DNA of 64,000 nt from Eledone cirrhosa (Eukaryota), in the NCBI GenBank assembly GCA_964016885.1, contig OZ024748.1, positions 4,402,001-4,466,000 on the forward strand, written 5' to 3'. This document shows positions 1 through 16,039 of this stretch, piece by piece (position 1 is the first letter of the stretch; each line of letters begins with the position of its first letter). The notes under the pieces are model-generated. The model did no database searches. It saw only the letters and a list, made by a program, of their open reading frames with translations, and was not told the origin of the DNA. Position numbers and translations under genes: made by a program.

Positions 1-272
1 TACTTATATAGAAACACATGTACCCCAACTAAGAGTTATGCACGTACGAGCTCTCTCTCTCTCACACACACATACATGGATATACATGATGACTCATGTA
101 TAACTTATGAATTAATGTATATCATAATTATCAGCTTGCACGCGCAATGTTACAACAAACACACGCATTTATAGAAAGGCTTAGACACACGTATCTCATA
201 TGCATGTATCCTTATATTAATTTTAATATATATATATACACGTATATATATATATGTATATAAATATATATA

Positions 273-342
<70 letters not shown>

Positions 343-667
343 GCATATTGTGTATATGTATGTATATATATAAACATCTATATCTATATGTATGTTCACA
401 TACGCATATTAAGTATATATACATACCATATATAAATCTATCTATCTCTCTCTCTATATATATACACATAGGCATATTATATATATATGTATATATATAC
501 ATATATATATATATTATGCCTATGTGTATATATATAGATAGATAGATAGATAGATAGATTTATATATGTTATGTATATATACATAATATACGTATGTGAA
601 TTATACGTCCATTATTACTCCCACGTGTTTTCATACGTAAAGTTTTTTAAAATTAATAATGAGATTG

Positions 668-702
<35 letters not shown>

Positions 703-1148
703 AAAAAGTTAAAAATATATATGAAAAATATATACACGAAAGAAAACTTTCATCATATATATATATACATATATATACATACACATATATATATATATAC
801 ATATATATGATGAAAGTTTTCTTTTAAAAGTTATGCAAGCAGACAACAGAACTTTATCTTTCCTACCGCCACCAAACGAAGTATTTACAATAAATCGCTT
901 CATTAATTTTTCAATAAATTTATACCTAACATTATCCGAACATCGCACTGTAGATGACTTGCGGTCTGAAGTAATTGATGCACTTGAAAGTACAATAGAA
1001 AAATCAGCTGCAAAAATTGAGTGTTTGTATACGTGCAATGCATGTTCAATAAATTATATGCGTACTCATGTTGAATAATGTAAATATCATGATAATTTAT
1101 GCATTGAAAAATACTTATATGCTCTTTCACTTAGCGTTTTCGCACACC

Positions 1149-1215
<67 letters not shown>

Positions 1216-1386
1216 GTATATATGGTAGTTTGTGTGTGTGTGTATATATATATACATGCATAAATATCTATAGAAATGAAATATGTATTAATCTATTTAT
1301 TAACATATGTATTAATATATTATATACATACATAAATATATATGTATATAAGAACATATAAATACACACACAAACACATATATATG

Positions 1387-1440
<54 letters not shown>

Positions 1441-1567
1441 TATATATATATATTTATATGTTTTATATATATATATTTATTTATTTATGTATATATATAT
1501 ACATATATATTATATATTTCTATAAATATTTATGCACGTATGTATATATCCATATATATATATATGA

Positions 1568-1659
<92 letters not shown>

Positions 1660-2034
1660 TCATATATATATATATATATATATACTCATATATATATTTA
1701 TATTTTTATATTTGAACAAAAATAAAAGAAAAAAACCAACAATAAATCAGATGGGAACGCGACAGTACAATGACGTTCTATATTAATTTAACGCTTGATG
1801 TAGTAGAGAAAGACTAATGACGTTTCGGACGTTAGTCCAACATCCGAAGATAGAATGAGTAATAGAAAAACTAATAGAGAGATAGACTAAAGTAAGAAGA
1901 GGACGTAACGGAGACATTTATTTTCTTGGCGGGAAAGCAGGTGCGAGTTATGTTAGTCATAGGTATGTATGCATGCATCTATGTATGTATGTAGTTAAAA
2001 TGTGACAAAATGATTAAAGCAAGGATTTCATAAT

Positions 2035-2126
<92 letters not shown>

Positions 2127-2653
2127 AATGTATAATAATCAATACAATATAATTAACTCATTACCAGAGGTTTACCGAATAAGATTCGTTCGTCGGTCAA
2201 GGCAATAAATTGCCTTGTCCGACAAACGAATGAGGACGTTTTTCGTATTCGTCTTATTCGGTAAACCTCTGGTAATGAGGTAATTATATTGTATTGTTTA
2301 TTATACATTAAATTTTGCTCTGGTACTTACATAGAGCACTCTTCACTCCTATGACTTTTTAAATTTTTAACGAAAACTTCAATATTTTATTTATATATAT
2401 ATATATAGATTCCGATATATATATAATAATATAGATTCCGATATATATATAATAATATAGATTCCGATATATATATAATAATATAGATTCCAAGCTGAGG
2501 ATCCGCTAAGGTGAAACAATAGTTCTCGGTATGGTGAACTAACTGTAACCACTTCTCTCTCTCTCTCTATATATATATATATTATATATATATATATTAT
2601 ATATATATATATGTATATATGTATATATATAAATACATATATACATATATGTA

Positions 2654-2715
<62 letters not shown>

Positions 2716-2912
2716 TATATGCATACACATATATACAACCATAATCTATGTATGTTTACATATATATATATATAAATATATATTAATAAATATATATATA
2801 TATATATAATATATATATATATATTAATAAATATATATATATATATATTAATAAATATATATATATATATATACGTGTCCATACACACACACTGACACAT
2901 GTATACATACAT

Positions 2913-2944
<32 letters not shown>

Positions 2945-2945
<1 letters not shown>

Positions 2946-3087
2946 ACAAAGGAATTGTGGTAAGGAACCAGATGGATCATAACGCACCAGAGTACTCAAT
3001 ACTTAGGGTAGTAGAGTGGGAAATAGAGTAGAGTCCAGAAATAGCCGTCGAAACGGCTTGAGCTCTGCCGTCGGGGTCATACTTTTT

Positions 3088-3090
<3 letters not shown>
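2945..3090 (+). mobile_element. TA-embedded short non-autonomous element, family D (likely PLE terminal-repeat derivative)
   Basis: Shared blocks GCACCAGAGTACTCAATACTTAGGGTAGTAGAG and GAAACGGC..GAGCTC..GCCGTCGGGGTC. Copies at about 4383-4585, 4986-5122, 6440-6495, 23880-23980, 34414-34570 and 56782-56941, nearly always within (TA)n. Confidence 0.75.
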
Positions 3091-3176
<86 letters not shown>

Positions 3177-3297
3177 ATGTATACATGTGTCAGTGTGCGT
3201 GTATGGACATGTATATATATATATGTAAACATACATAGATTTTGTTTGTATATATATTTATATATGTATGTGTAATTATATATATATGTATATATAT

Positions 3298-3460
<163 letters not shown>

Positions 3461-3523
3461 TATATACATATATATTTAAATGAGTGTATGTATAAGACTG
3501 AGTTCATATGTGCAAGCATACAG

Positions 3524-3616
<93 letters not shown>

Positions 3617-3719
3617 GGAAAATAGATGAAAAGAATATTTATTTGGTTCCTTTACCGGTGTCGCAGTTCTTGTGCTTTTCAAAAGTAGAAACGAGATGGA
3701 AGGTTTGTCGTTTCTCTCG

Positions 3720-3791
<72 letters not shown>

Positions 3792-3975
3792 CCGTGCATG
3801 TCTTAGTGTGAGCGGTACCACAGAGTAGTAGGGAGTCATAGACTGTGAATACAGGTATCAATATTTCTTATAGTAGGCCTTCCTTTAAGACTTTCTCTTG
3901 TCTTCCTTGCTTAGTACTGACAGTTAATGGATTCTGACTTGGTGTAGTTCCATAGGCCAGTGTATGGTTCTGTAT

Positions 3976-4160
<185 letters not shown>

Positions 4161-4250
4161 ATATATATACATACATATATATATAAACATACATATATAT
4201 ATATATATACATACATATATATATTCATACATACATATATATATTCATAC

Positions 4251-4289
<39 letters not shown>

Positions 4290-4297
4290 TATATATA

Positions 4298-4371
<74 letters not shown>

Positions 4372-4581
4372 CATATATATATAGGAAAAAGTATGAACCC
4401 GACGGCAGAGCTCAAGCCGTTTAGACCGCTATTTCTGGACTAAATTAGAAATTCTAATTAAAAATTCTAATTTAGACCAGAAATAGCCTTCGAAACGGCT
4501 TGAGCTCTGCCGTCGGGGTCATAATTTTTCCTATTGGAAATGGTGGATTATGGTCCATCTGGTTCCTTTCCATAAGTCCTT

Positions 4582-4646
<65 letters not shown>

Positions 4647-4690
4647 TACGTCTAGCTATGATTCCAGGCTTTATAAAAACACACATACAT

Positions 4691-4736
<46 letters not shown>

Positions 4737-4942
4737 TTACACACACATATATGTATTTATATATATATATATATACACACACATATATATATATATATAC
4801 ATATATACACATACAAACATGTATATATATATACATACATATATATATACTTACATGTATATATATATACATACATGTATATATATACATATATATATAT
4901 ATACATACATGTATATATACATATATATATATACATACACAT

Positions 4943-4988
<46 letters not shown>

Positions 4989-5120
4989 CGAAGGAATTGT
5001 GGTAAGGAACCAGATGGAGCATAACGCACCAGAGTACTCAATACTTAGGGTAGTAGAGTGGGAATTTCCAGAAATAGCCGTCGAAACGGCCTGAGCCCTG
5101 CCTTCGGGGTCATACTTTTT

Positions 5121-5182
<62 letters not shown>

Positions 5183-5586
5183 AAGAATACACATTGAGGG
5201 CAACTTTACCTTTTATTATGTCTGGGACGAAAAATTAAGTACCAGAGACTATTTTCTCCCTAGTACTATTGTTCTAGCACCTTATATCCTTCCTCTCGAA
5301 GAAATTAGCTGTGTTCAGATCTGGAGAGTGATGTCCTCAACCAGGCCATCGCCTCTAAATTCTAAAATTCCCTCATTTGTTAAGGGCGGAGAATATATTA
5401 GTAATCGAGGGTCCATAGCTTGTTGACTGGGCAAAGCTTTACGGGATCGAATAGACGTGAGAGCTCAAAGTAAAGAGCAAACAGAGTAAGGAGATGTTTA
5501 GGGCTGAAGAGAAATTCAGGAGGGGTCATTAGTATATATACCACACATGGAAACACTGAATGAACGTGTACGAAGAATACCGTTCA

Positions 5587-5812
<226 letters not shown>

Positions 5813-5885
5813 CATACATATATATATATATTTATATATACATACATATATTTATATATACATACATATATATATATATTTATAT

Positions 5886-5947
<62 letters not shown>

Positions 5948-5959
5948 GTAAAAATATAT

Positions 5960-6008
5960 GTTTCAGAAGATCCCGTTGAGAGTGAAAGCAGCGATTCTTT
6001 ACTTAAAC
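5960..6008 (+). ncRNA. Decayed hammerhead fold, family C
   Basis: GTTT-CAGAAGA-TCCCGTTGAGAGT-GAAA-GCA-GCGATTCTT-TAC-TT^AAAC, with a U4>A change in the core. The same 3' half with intact GCA/TGC stem III occurs at about 20868-20895 (-) and 48099-48125 (+). Confidence 0.4.
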
Positions 6009-6060
6009 TTTAATCTGTTATTTTAATATATATATATACACAGTATATATATATAAATTT

Positions 6061-6114
<54 letters not shown>

Positions 6115-6196
6115 TGTGTATATATATATATATATATACTGTGTATATATATATATGTGTATATATATATATATGTGTATAAATATATATATACAC

Positions 6197-6443
<247 letters not shown>

Positions 6444-7317
6444 GGAGTCGGGACCCCGACGGCTGAGCTCCTGCCGTTTTAACAGCTTGTTCGGAAGTAG
6501 TTTCCAATTCTCTTGCTGATAGATTCAGTGATCGAATTCAAGACCTGATCATGTCTTCTAAATCTACCCCAGTGCAATACTGGTACTTTATTTTATCGAC
6601 CCCGTAAGGATGAAAGGCAAAGTTAACCTCGGCAGGATTTGAACTCAGAACATAAAGGGCCGTTACTCTATGCCGCAAAGCATGGTGTCCGACGCTCTAC
6701 CAATACTGTTAATCTATCCCCCATTAATATTAGTCTTAATGCCACTAAGTTTGTTGTTCAGTCCTCCTCCAATGAAGTACCCATAACGTTAAGAACCAAA
6801 TTTAATTTCCCTATTTTTGCTTTCAGGATCCAAATCGATTGATACGGTGCTGTGGTGCTCATTCCTTCACTGTGCAGCACTCCGAAAAGCCACGTCGCAT
6901 CTAGTTGGTCAACCGGAGTGCCTTTTACAACATTCCTCTATGCATAAAATTCCTTTACCAGAAGCTTTAGAGTTCCAAGATCCGGCATTCAGAAGATGTT
7001 CTCGCATCCGAGAAATCCTGAAACCCTCTTTGATAAAGTTCGATGTATATTTGAGATTGTTGCTTTTTTATACAGATCAATGCTGCTCAAACTTGATACC
7101 AAAGAAAGACATTTATTTAACTTGTGTTCGAAGAATTCAACTACTGTTATAGGGTTTTCATACAGTAGTAAGGGCAAGGCGATTCTGGAAAATAACTCGT
7201 TTCGGAAAACACAAGCATTGAAACTTCTCCGATCAATCTCCAACGGATAACCAGATCAATCCACAACTGATTAGGAAACCTCCAAGTCACCATTCATTGC
7301 TCATGATATAAATATAT

Positions 7318-7725
7318 TATAATATATAATATAATATAATATAATATAATATAATGTAACGTAATGTAAAATAATTCAATATAATATAATATAATATAAT
7401 ATAATATAATATAATATAATATAATATAATATAATATAATATAATATAATATATAATATAATATAATATAATATAATATAATGTAACGTAATGTAAAATA
7501 ATTCAATATAATATAATATAATATAATATAATATAATATAATATAATATAATATAATATAATATAATATAATATACTATAATATAATGTAATATAATATA
7601 ATATAATATGATATAATATAATATAATATAGTATAATATAATATAATATAATATAATATAATATAATATAATATAATATAATATAATATAATATAATATA
7701 ATATAACATATGTAATGTAATATAA
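7318..7725 (+). repeat. (AATAT)n pentanucleotide satellite
   Basis: About 400 bp of AATAT units, with a duplicated interruption GTAACGTAATGTAAAATAATTC. Confidence 0.95.
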
Positions 7726-8077
7726 TTTAATATGATTTAACATATATATGCTTGTGTTTTAGGGTGTTTCCAGATAGGTAGCAGGTACTGCGATAAAGAA
7801 TACCATGGTGGAAAACAGAAAAAGGTCACGACGTTACTAATAACATATCATTTGATATGTTATTGTAAGACAGACCTGAAGACATCAATAAAACAAAATG
7901 AAGAATAGATTTCATAATGTCTGCAATTGAATAAATAAAATCTAGTTTACAATTTATCATACATACATATATAATATATAAATATATATATTAACACACC
8001 TGTATGTATACATAAATATATATATATATTTACACTCGTATATGCATATATATATATATATATATATATAAACACAC

Positions 8078-8139
<62 letters not shown>

Positions 8140-8410
8140 GTGTGTGTCTATCTATCTCTCACTCTCTCTCTCTCTCTATATATATATACATATAAATATA
8201 TATAAATATATATATAGACACATACTATATATATAAATATTTACTATATATATAAATATATATGTATATATACACACACACATATATATGTATATATATA
8301 TATATACACACACACACATATATATATGTATGTATATATATTCACACACACACACACACACACACATGTATGTATATATATTCACACACACACATATATA
8401 TATATATATT

Positions 8411-8507
<97 letters not shown>

Positions 8508-8797
8508 GTATTTATATATGTATATCTATAAACTATTTATAATTTTATATATATGGACACATATTTGAAATATGCAAATGCATATATAATGCATGGTATA
8601 AATGTATCATCATCATCGTTTAACGACCATCTTCCACGCTATATATATTTACTCATACACATGCACACATATGTATATATATGTATGTGCACACATACAA
8701 AAACAAAAACATTATTTGTGTATATATATTATATATATATATATACACATATATATAAATATTTATATGTATTATATATATATATGTTTTTATAATT

Positions 8798-8848
<51 letters not shown>

Positions 8849-8922
8849 TATATATATGTAAATATATATATATATATACATATATTATTGTTTATATAAG
8901 TAAACGTATATATATATATATA

Positions 8923-9004
<82 letters not shown>

Positions 9005-9148
9005 TATATATATATATTCATATATATATATTCATATATATATATATATATACATGTATTCATATATATATATATACACACATACATATATCTATCTCTC
9101 TCTATATATATATACACATAGATATATCTATCTTTATATATATATGAA

Positions 9149-9462
<314 letters not shown>

Positions 9463-9522
9463 TATATATATATAATCATATATATGTATATATATAGATA
9501 GATATATGTATGTTTATGTGTG

Positions 9523-9556
<34 letters not shown>

Positions 9557-9590
9557 TATATATATATATAGATAGATATATGCATGTGTA

Positions 9591-9690
<100 letters not shown>

Positions 9691-9817
9691 TATAAATATA
9701 TCTATAGATAGATATAGACGGAAATGTGTAGAATAATATATAATTATTGAAAAATTAAGAGTCTGGTGGATACAGGTAACATTTGAACCCAGCATACTCA
9801 ACGGATAATATATATTT

Positions 9818-9873
<56 letters not shown>

Positions 9874-9928
9874 TGATCTAACACTTCACTGCTCGCAAGT
9901 GTTTTTTAAGCTTCATATCATGTCTCCC

Positions 9929-9998
9929 TATTTTATCTGATGAGAACGCAAATATCATCCCATGAAGATTATGTTTTTGAAATGCGCATAATAAAATA
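9929..9998 (+). ncRNA. Type I hammerhead ribozyme fold, family A
   Basis: TATTTTAT-CTGATGA-stem II-GAAA-TGCGCA-TA^ATAAAATA: perfect 8-bp stem I, intact core, palindromic stem III ATGCGCAT, AUA cleavage triplet. Confidence 0.75.
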
Positions 9999-10042
9999 CA
10001 TGGAACTCTTTTAACCATCTTTTGATCTTATATTATATATAT

Positions 10043-10098
<56 letters not shown>

Positions 10099-10418
10099 GA
10101 GAGAGAATAAAATATATATAGAGAAAGTTATATATACATATATATATATATATTTATATGCAAAAGTTCTATTTAAAGTTGTTGGGATACAACAAGTAAA
10201 TATTTATATAACTGATATAAAGCACTCGACAAGTTTTTGGAGTAGATATACGATATTAATAAATGGAAACTATATTTATAAAACCATATTTATTTCATTA
10301 TACATATTTCAGGGATACCACATTAAATTATGGCATGCCTTCATCAGACAGCCTCCAAAAGTAATGGTTGCATTTTAAAAGGGTACATCAAAGCTATTTG
10401 TAAAACTGTTATATATTG

Positions 10419-10483
10419 TATTTTGTCTGATGAAGGCATACCATAATTTAATGTGGTATCCCTGAAATATGTATAATGAAATA
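10419..10483 (+). ncRNA. Type I hammerhead ribozyme fold, family A (inverted partner at 10291-10350 has a truncated stem I)
   Basis: TATTTTGT-CTGATGA-AGGCATACCATA..TGTGGTATCCCT-GAAA-TATGTA-TA^ATGAAATA. Stem II is about 11 bp. Confidence 0.75.
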
Positions 10484-10572
10484 AATATGGTTTTATAAAT
10501 ATAGTTTCCATTTATTAATATCGTATATATATATTTATATATATATATGTATATATATGTATATATATGTAT

Positions 10573-10606
<34 letters not shown>

Positions 10607-10678
10607 GTGTGTGTATATATATATATATATATATGTATATATTTATATATATATATGTATGATGTATGTATATATATA

Positions 10679-10808
<130 letters not shown>

Positions 10809-10819
10809 CAGGTAAGTTA

Positions 10820-10936
10820 TTCCGGGTTGAATCGGAGGTAACCACAGTAAGTAAGGTACTCAATACATAGTAGAGTATAAAAGTTTTAATATAGATGAGA
10901 TTCTACAGGACTAGAACTGTTTCATTCTTTAGAATA
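10820..10936 (-). mobile_element. TA-embedded short element, family B copy
   Basis: CCGGGTTGAATCGGAGGTAACCACAGTAAGTAAGGTACTCAATAC...CTACAGGACTAGAACTGTTTCATTC. Copies at about 19660-19710, 29366-29535, 36545-36658, 47945-48090 and 48508-48694. Confidence 0.8.
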
Positions 10937-11153
10937 GTAACGCTATATATTTTTTTTACAGAATATAGCAAAGCACTTGAAATGATCAATATTTCGTGTG
11001 TTTATATTGTGTATACATTTGGCAACGTAACTAAATAATATATATTTATACTAGAACGCAGTGTATATACATAGATTAATACTAAATATAACTAGGATAG
11101 AACTACTGTATTTGAAATAGAAACCTTCGTTGTGAAATTAATATAATTTAAAG

Positions 11154-11215
11154 CAGTGGTTCCCAAAGAGGGTCTCTCAAATGGTTCCACGTTTGAAAAG
11201 GTTTGGGAATTTCTG
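11154..11215. mobile_element. Miniature hAT(Charlie)-like remnant
   Basis: Termini CAGTGGTTCCCAAA ... TTTGGGAATTTCTG only 62 bp apart. Confidence 0.5.
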
Positions 11216-11399
11216 ATCAAGTGTAAACACTTTCTATGGTTCTTCCGTACACTTTTTTGTTAGTTTAATCATAATATCTTCTCTTCGTAATCTTGATATT
11301 CCGGTTCCAATCGGTTTGTTAACAGATAGGTATATAGATATATATGTTCATGACATGTACATAGTTATATAACTATATAGATAGGTATAAGTATAGACA

Positions 11400-11469
<70 letters not shown>

Positions 11470-11793
11470 TCTAATAGATAGATCGATCGCGATATATAGA
11501 TAAATAGATAGATAAAGAGATAGATACGTAGATAGATAGATAGCAAAACGTTTTTTTTACAATATCCTTAGACCAAATCAATCAATAAGTATGATTTAGG
11601 GGAGAAAAACACCACGTCTAATCCGTATATTGTACCCGTAATTCCAATGTCAGCTGGACTGTACTCGTAATTGCACCAACCTGAGGCATATGGCCCTTAA
11701 AGCGATGAAATGCCTGGGACGGTTGGAGGGTCACTGATGAAGGATTTACTTTTTCATATGCCCCACCATTTGCAACGCGCAGCCATCATTATT

Positions 11794-11870
<77 letters not shown>

Positions 11871-11881
11871 ATATATATGTG

Positions 11882-11915
<34 letters not shown>

Positions 11916-11936
11916 TATGTATGCATAGATATATGT

Positions 11937-11970
<34 letters not shown>

Positions 11971-12190
11971 TATACATATATATATATATATGCATATACA
12001 TATATAACATATATATATATATAACATATATATATATATATATGTATGCATATATATATATATAATATATAACATATATATATATTTGTATGCATATATA
12101 TATATAACATATATATATATATATATGTATGCATGTATATATATAACATATATATATGTATATAACACCCACCCACCCCCCATACACACA

Positions 12191-12257
<67 letters not shown>

Positions 12258-13469
12258 ATATCTTTCTTTTAAAGATATATAGATAAATAGATAAAATCGT
12301 TTGTTAGAGAGGTGGATGGGTGGTTTCTAAAATGTCTGTGTATGCGTGCATATATACTTATGTATGCAATTATGTCTATGTATATGTACATATGTATGTA
12401 TATGTACATATCTATTTATGCGCCTGTAATTCAAGTCATAATGCATGTTGTTATTTTGTCAATGGATTGCAGTAAAGGGTCCGCGTGTTTGTGAAATACT
12501 CAACCAGACATACTCTAATGCAATATTCTCTGTACCAGTAATTCAAAAGGAACCGGATTGCCACACATTATATCACACAGATTTGCCTTGAGAATTAGGT
12601 TAAGAGTACACGTGTCTCTGGAATACTCAGCCACTTACTCTATAAGTCAATGTGCTGGTAGCTCATTTAATTGAACAACTGCTATAGTCCTTGTCGAATC
12701 AGACGGAAATCCATGCCACATTGGACCAGGTTGTTTTTGATTTTACTATATATATTACATCTTCATATCATACCTAGAGGTACGTAATGAGTAGTGTCCT
12801 AGGGTTAAATAGTAACACACACACACATGATCAACAGGTGAATAGACAAGCATATATACATGGATGGATAAATAAAATCGCTTAATAGATAGATGGATAG
12901 ATAGATATATAGTTGGACTGGTGTGTGCGTGTGTGTTTGTGTAGGTATATAAGTATGCATGCATATGTATGTACGTACGTATGTATGTAAGTATACATGT
13001 ACGTACGTATATATGTAAGTATACATGTACATACGTATATATGTAAGTATATATACACATACGTATGTATGTAAGTATACATGTACATACGTATATATGT
13101 AAGTATATATATATATACATACGTATGTAAGTATATATATATATATATATACATACGTATGTAAGTATACATGTACATACTTATATATGTACGTACGAGA
13201 TATGAAAAATTAATAATCAGCGGGATGGACGATTATTCAAGACCTGATACTATGTACAGTGAAGAACATGGTTGAATGTTCTCAATCGATATATTTCTTA
13301 CATCTTATGTATAGATCTCTATAATATTGTTTCAAATATATAACAATTATGTCATTCGTTTCCTTCCATGTTTGTTTGAAGAATACGTAAACTTTAATAT
13401 ACAGGGTGTGAGTGGATTAAAAATAAAGTGGTGCAAAAAATCTGAAAAATTAACAAGTGGTGGTGATGG

Positions 13470-14425
13470 TGGGGGATTGCCCAGGATTAAGATAAAGTGT
13501 GTAGCTCGGAGATTAGTAAATCACTCCAGGTAGAGCCACCAATTCTGAGAAATCACTGCTCCGATATTATGGGCATGTGGTTAGAATGTCTCAGGAAAGA
13601 ATCACTGGAGAGCCACTCCAGGTAGAGCTGCTACTTCTCCGAATTGAGAGATCACAGCTCAAATACTATAGGTATGTGGTTAGAATATCTCAGGAAAGAA
13701 TCACTGGAGAGCCACTCCAGGTAGAGCTGCTACTTCTCCGAATTGAGAGATCACAGCTCAAATACTATGGGCATGTGGTTAGAATGTCTCAGGAAAGAAT
13801 CACTGGAGAGCCACTCCAGGTAGAGCTGCTACTTCTCCGAATTGAGAGATCACAGCTCAAATACTATGGGCATGTGGTTAGAATGTCTCAGGAAAGAATC
13901 ACTGGAGAGCCACTCCAGGTAGAGCTGCTACTTCTCCGAATTGAGAGATCACAGCTCAAATACTATGGGTATGCGGTTAGAATGTCTCAGGAAAGAATCA
14001 CTGGAGAGCCACTCCAGGTAGAGCTGCTACATCTCCGAATTGAGAGATCACAGCTCAAATACTATGGGTATGTGGTTAGAATGTCTCAGGAAAGAATCAC
14101 TGGAGAGCCACTCCAGGTAGAGCTGCTACTTCTCCAAATTGAGAGATCACAGCTCAAATACTATGGGTATGTGGTTAGAATGACTCACGTTAGAATCGTT
14201 GGACAGATTTTACGGGCAAAACTAACAGGTAGGAGACCCAGGTGTAGACCCCGGGCAAAATGGTTGGATAACATCCATGAACTTGGCTGGTCAGATTTGG
14301 GGATCCAGCGAGATCAGTTGGAGTCGGTTGCCTCTGACAGGACCCGCTGGAAGAAGTGTCTAAGGACTCTTCCCCCAAGACCCTCTCAGGAACAAGTGGA
14401 CAACAAAGAAGAAGGGGGGGGGGGG
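13470..14425 (+). mobile_element. 5'-truncated RTE-clade LINE (Expander/Rex3-like) 3' end
   Basis: Translation DKVCSSEISKSLQVEP...LLLRIERSQLKYYGHVVRM...TGRRPRCRPRAKWLD...LGI...ASDRTRWKKCLRTLPPRP matches the C-terminus of Expander/Rex3 RTE ORFs. It ends in a GAAGAA+polyG tail. A 17-bp direct repeat GATTATTCAAGACCTGA lies at 13231-13247 and 14426-14442. Confidence 0.85.
13565..14185 (+). repeat. 99-bp (33-aa) in-frame tandem repeat, about 6 near-identical copies
   Basis: The unit MSQERITGEPLQVELLLLRIERSQLKYYGHVVR recurs at 13586, 13685, 13784, 13883, 13982 and 14081. Confidence 0.95.
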
Positions 14426-14488
14426 GATTATTCAAGACCTGAGGAGTATATATTGTGATAAAATAGAAATATATATTTCTGTACTCAC

Positions 14489-15255
14489 CTGTTAGAGTAG
14501 TCGTTTGTCGCTGTTTCGAATTCTGCCGTGTCTCTTTCATCCAGGGATAGATTTCCTGCTGTTTGAGCAATGATTGATGGTGTGGAGGACTGGCCAAAGT
14601 TGACCCTACAAGTCCTGCTGCCGGATTACAGTTTAGTCCGGCTGCAGCCGCCGCCGCCGCCGCTTGCATACATGTGTTAGCGTAGGCATTTCCATAGTCT
14701 TGGCTTAACACAACGCCGCCACCACCACCGCCGCCGCCGCCGCCGACACCGTTTTCACCTGTGCCGCCACCACCACCGCCACCACCACCACCACCACCTC
14801 CACCATTAACGCCGCCGCCGCCGCCGCCACTAGCACCACCTGCACCGCTACCGGGAGTCGCCGCTCCGCCGTTGCCCAGTACCAACACGCCGCCACCGCC
14901 GACACCGTTCACATGTTCGCCCCCAGTGACGGCAGCAACGGCGGCGGCGGCGGCGGAAGCGGCGGCTGCTGCGGCGGCTGGGCTCATGTGACTCTGGAGC
15001 AAACATGACGACGGTCCATAATACTCGGCATGTTGTTGTTGTTGTTGTTGTTGTTGATGTTGATGATGATGTTGTTGTTGTTGTTGTTGTGTTAGTGTGG
15101 TCGGCGGTGTTGTTTGATGTGCTTGTTGATGTTGTTGTTGATGATGATGCTGTTGCTGTTGTTGTTGATGGTGATGTTGTTGTTGTTGTTGTTGCTGATG
15201 GTGATGTTGTTGTTGTTGATGGTGATGATGTTGCTGTTGTTGTTGATGCTGTTGC

Positions 15256-15288
<33 letters not shown>

Positions 15289-15473
15289 CCCAGCATATAA
15301 GTCGTGCCTCCCAAATCGTAACAGTACGGTCCTTCATTCTGATAGTAACCGCCGCCAACACCACCACCCACACCACTACCACCACCTATACTAACACCAA
15401 TACCAACAACGCCACCACCACCACCTGCGCCACCACCAAACGTTTGCATGGGGTTATAATAAGTTTTCTGCAT
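14489..15473 (-). CDS. Hox3: Hox3 (paralogue group 3 homeobox gene), coding exon 1
   Basis: The ORF starts MQKTYYN (vertebrate Hox3 starts MQKATYYD) and contains EIYPWMKETRQNSKQ, matching the PG3 hexapeptide context I(F/Y)PWMKESRQN. A consensus donor CAG|GTGAGT lies at 14489/14488 (phase 1, 328 codons + 1 nt). PolyG, polyQ/H and polyA tracts are typical of Hox N-termini. ORF sequence beyond 14489 is intronic read-through. Confidence 0.93.
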
Positions 15474-15487
15474 TTCTTAAATCTCCC

Positions 15488-15541
<54 letters not shown>

Positions 15542-15992
15542 GTATATAATTGCTTGGTGCTGTGTTGGTTTATTTACCAAACAATTTTTAATTAACTTAA
15601 ACTAAATTTCTTTCTTTCATTAATAATTAATAATTAATAATTAATAATTAATTATAATAATTTAAACGTCTGTTAAGTATTCCCAAGGACATTGGTCTTA
15701 ATTAAAGTTGTTGTTGATGATGATGGTAATGGTGGTGGTGGAGGTGGAAGTATTAAGTGTAGTGGCAGAAATAGTGGTGGTGGTGGTGGTGGTGGTGGTG
15801 TTGTTGTTGTTGTTGTTGTGGCGGTCCAGAGATGTGGACTTGTAATATGAAATATATATTTTGGGGGGATGACAACTTATAACTCTACATAATTTGTTGT
15901 TGTTGTTGTTATGTATGTATGTTCTAATTTATGATTAATTAAACAGTAACAGCAGTAAAAGAAATGTGTGTGTGTGTATGTGTGGATATAGT

Positions 15993-16039
<47 letters not shown>

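Noticed and set aside
6760-7295. Complex-sequence island with 84-111 aa ORFs
   Set aside because: It has only a faint resemblance to a decayed RTE C-terminus on the minus strand (IDLYKKATISNIHRTLSKR), too weak to call. The islands at 810-1130 and 5190-5590 are similarly unassignable.
11700-11790. CTGATGAAGG (and CTGACGAGGG near 19845) as hammerheads
   Set aside because: There is no downstream stem II-GAAA-stem III. The two loci look like copies of a LINE/SINE 3' tail.
14190-14488. C-terminal ~100 aa of the 427-aa Hox3 ORF
   Set aside because: It lies beyond a consensus splice donor and reads through the antisense RTE fragment.
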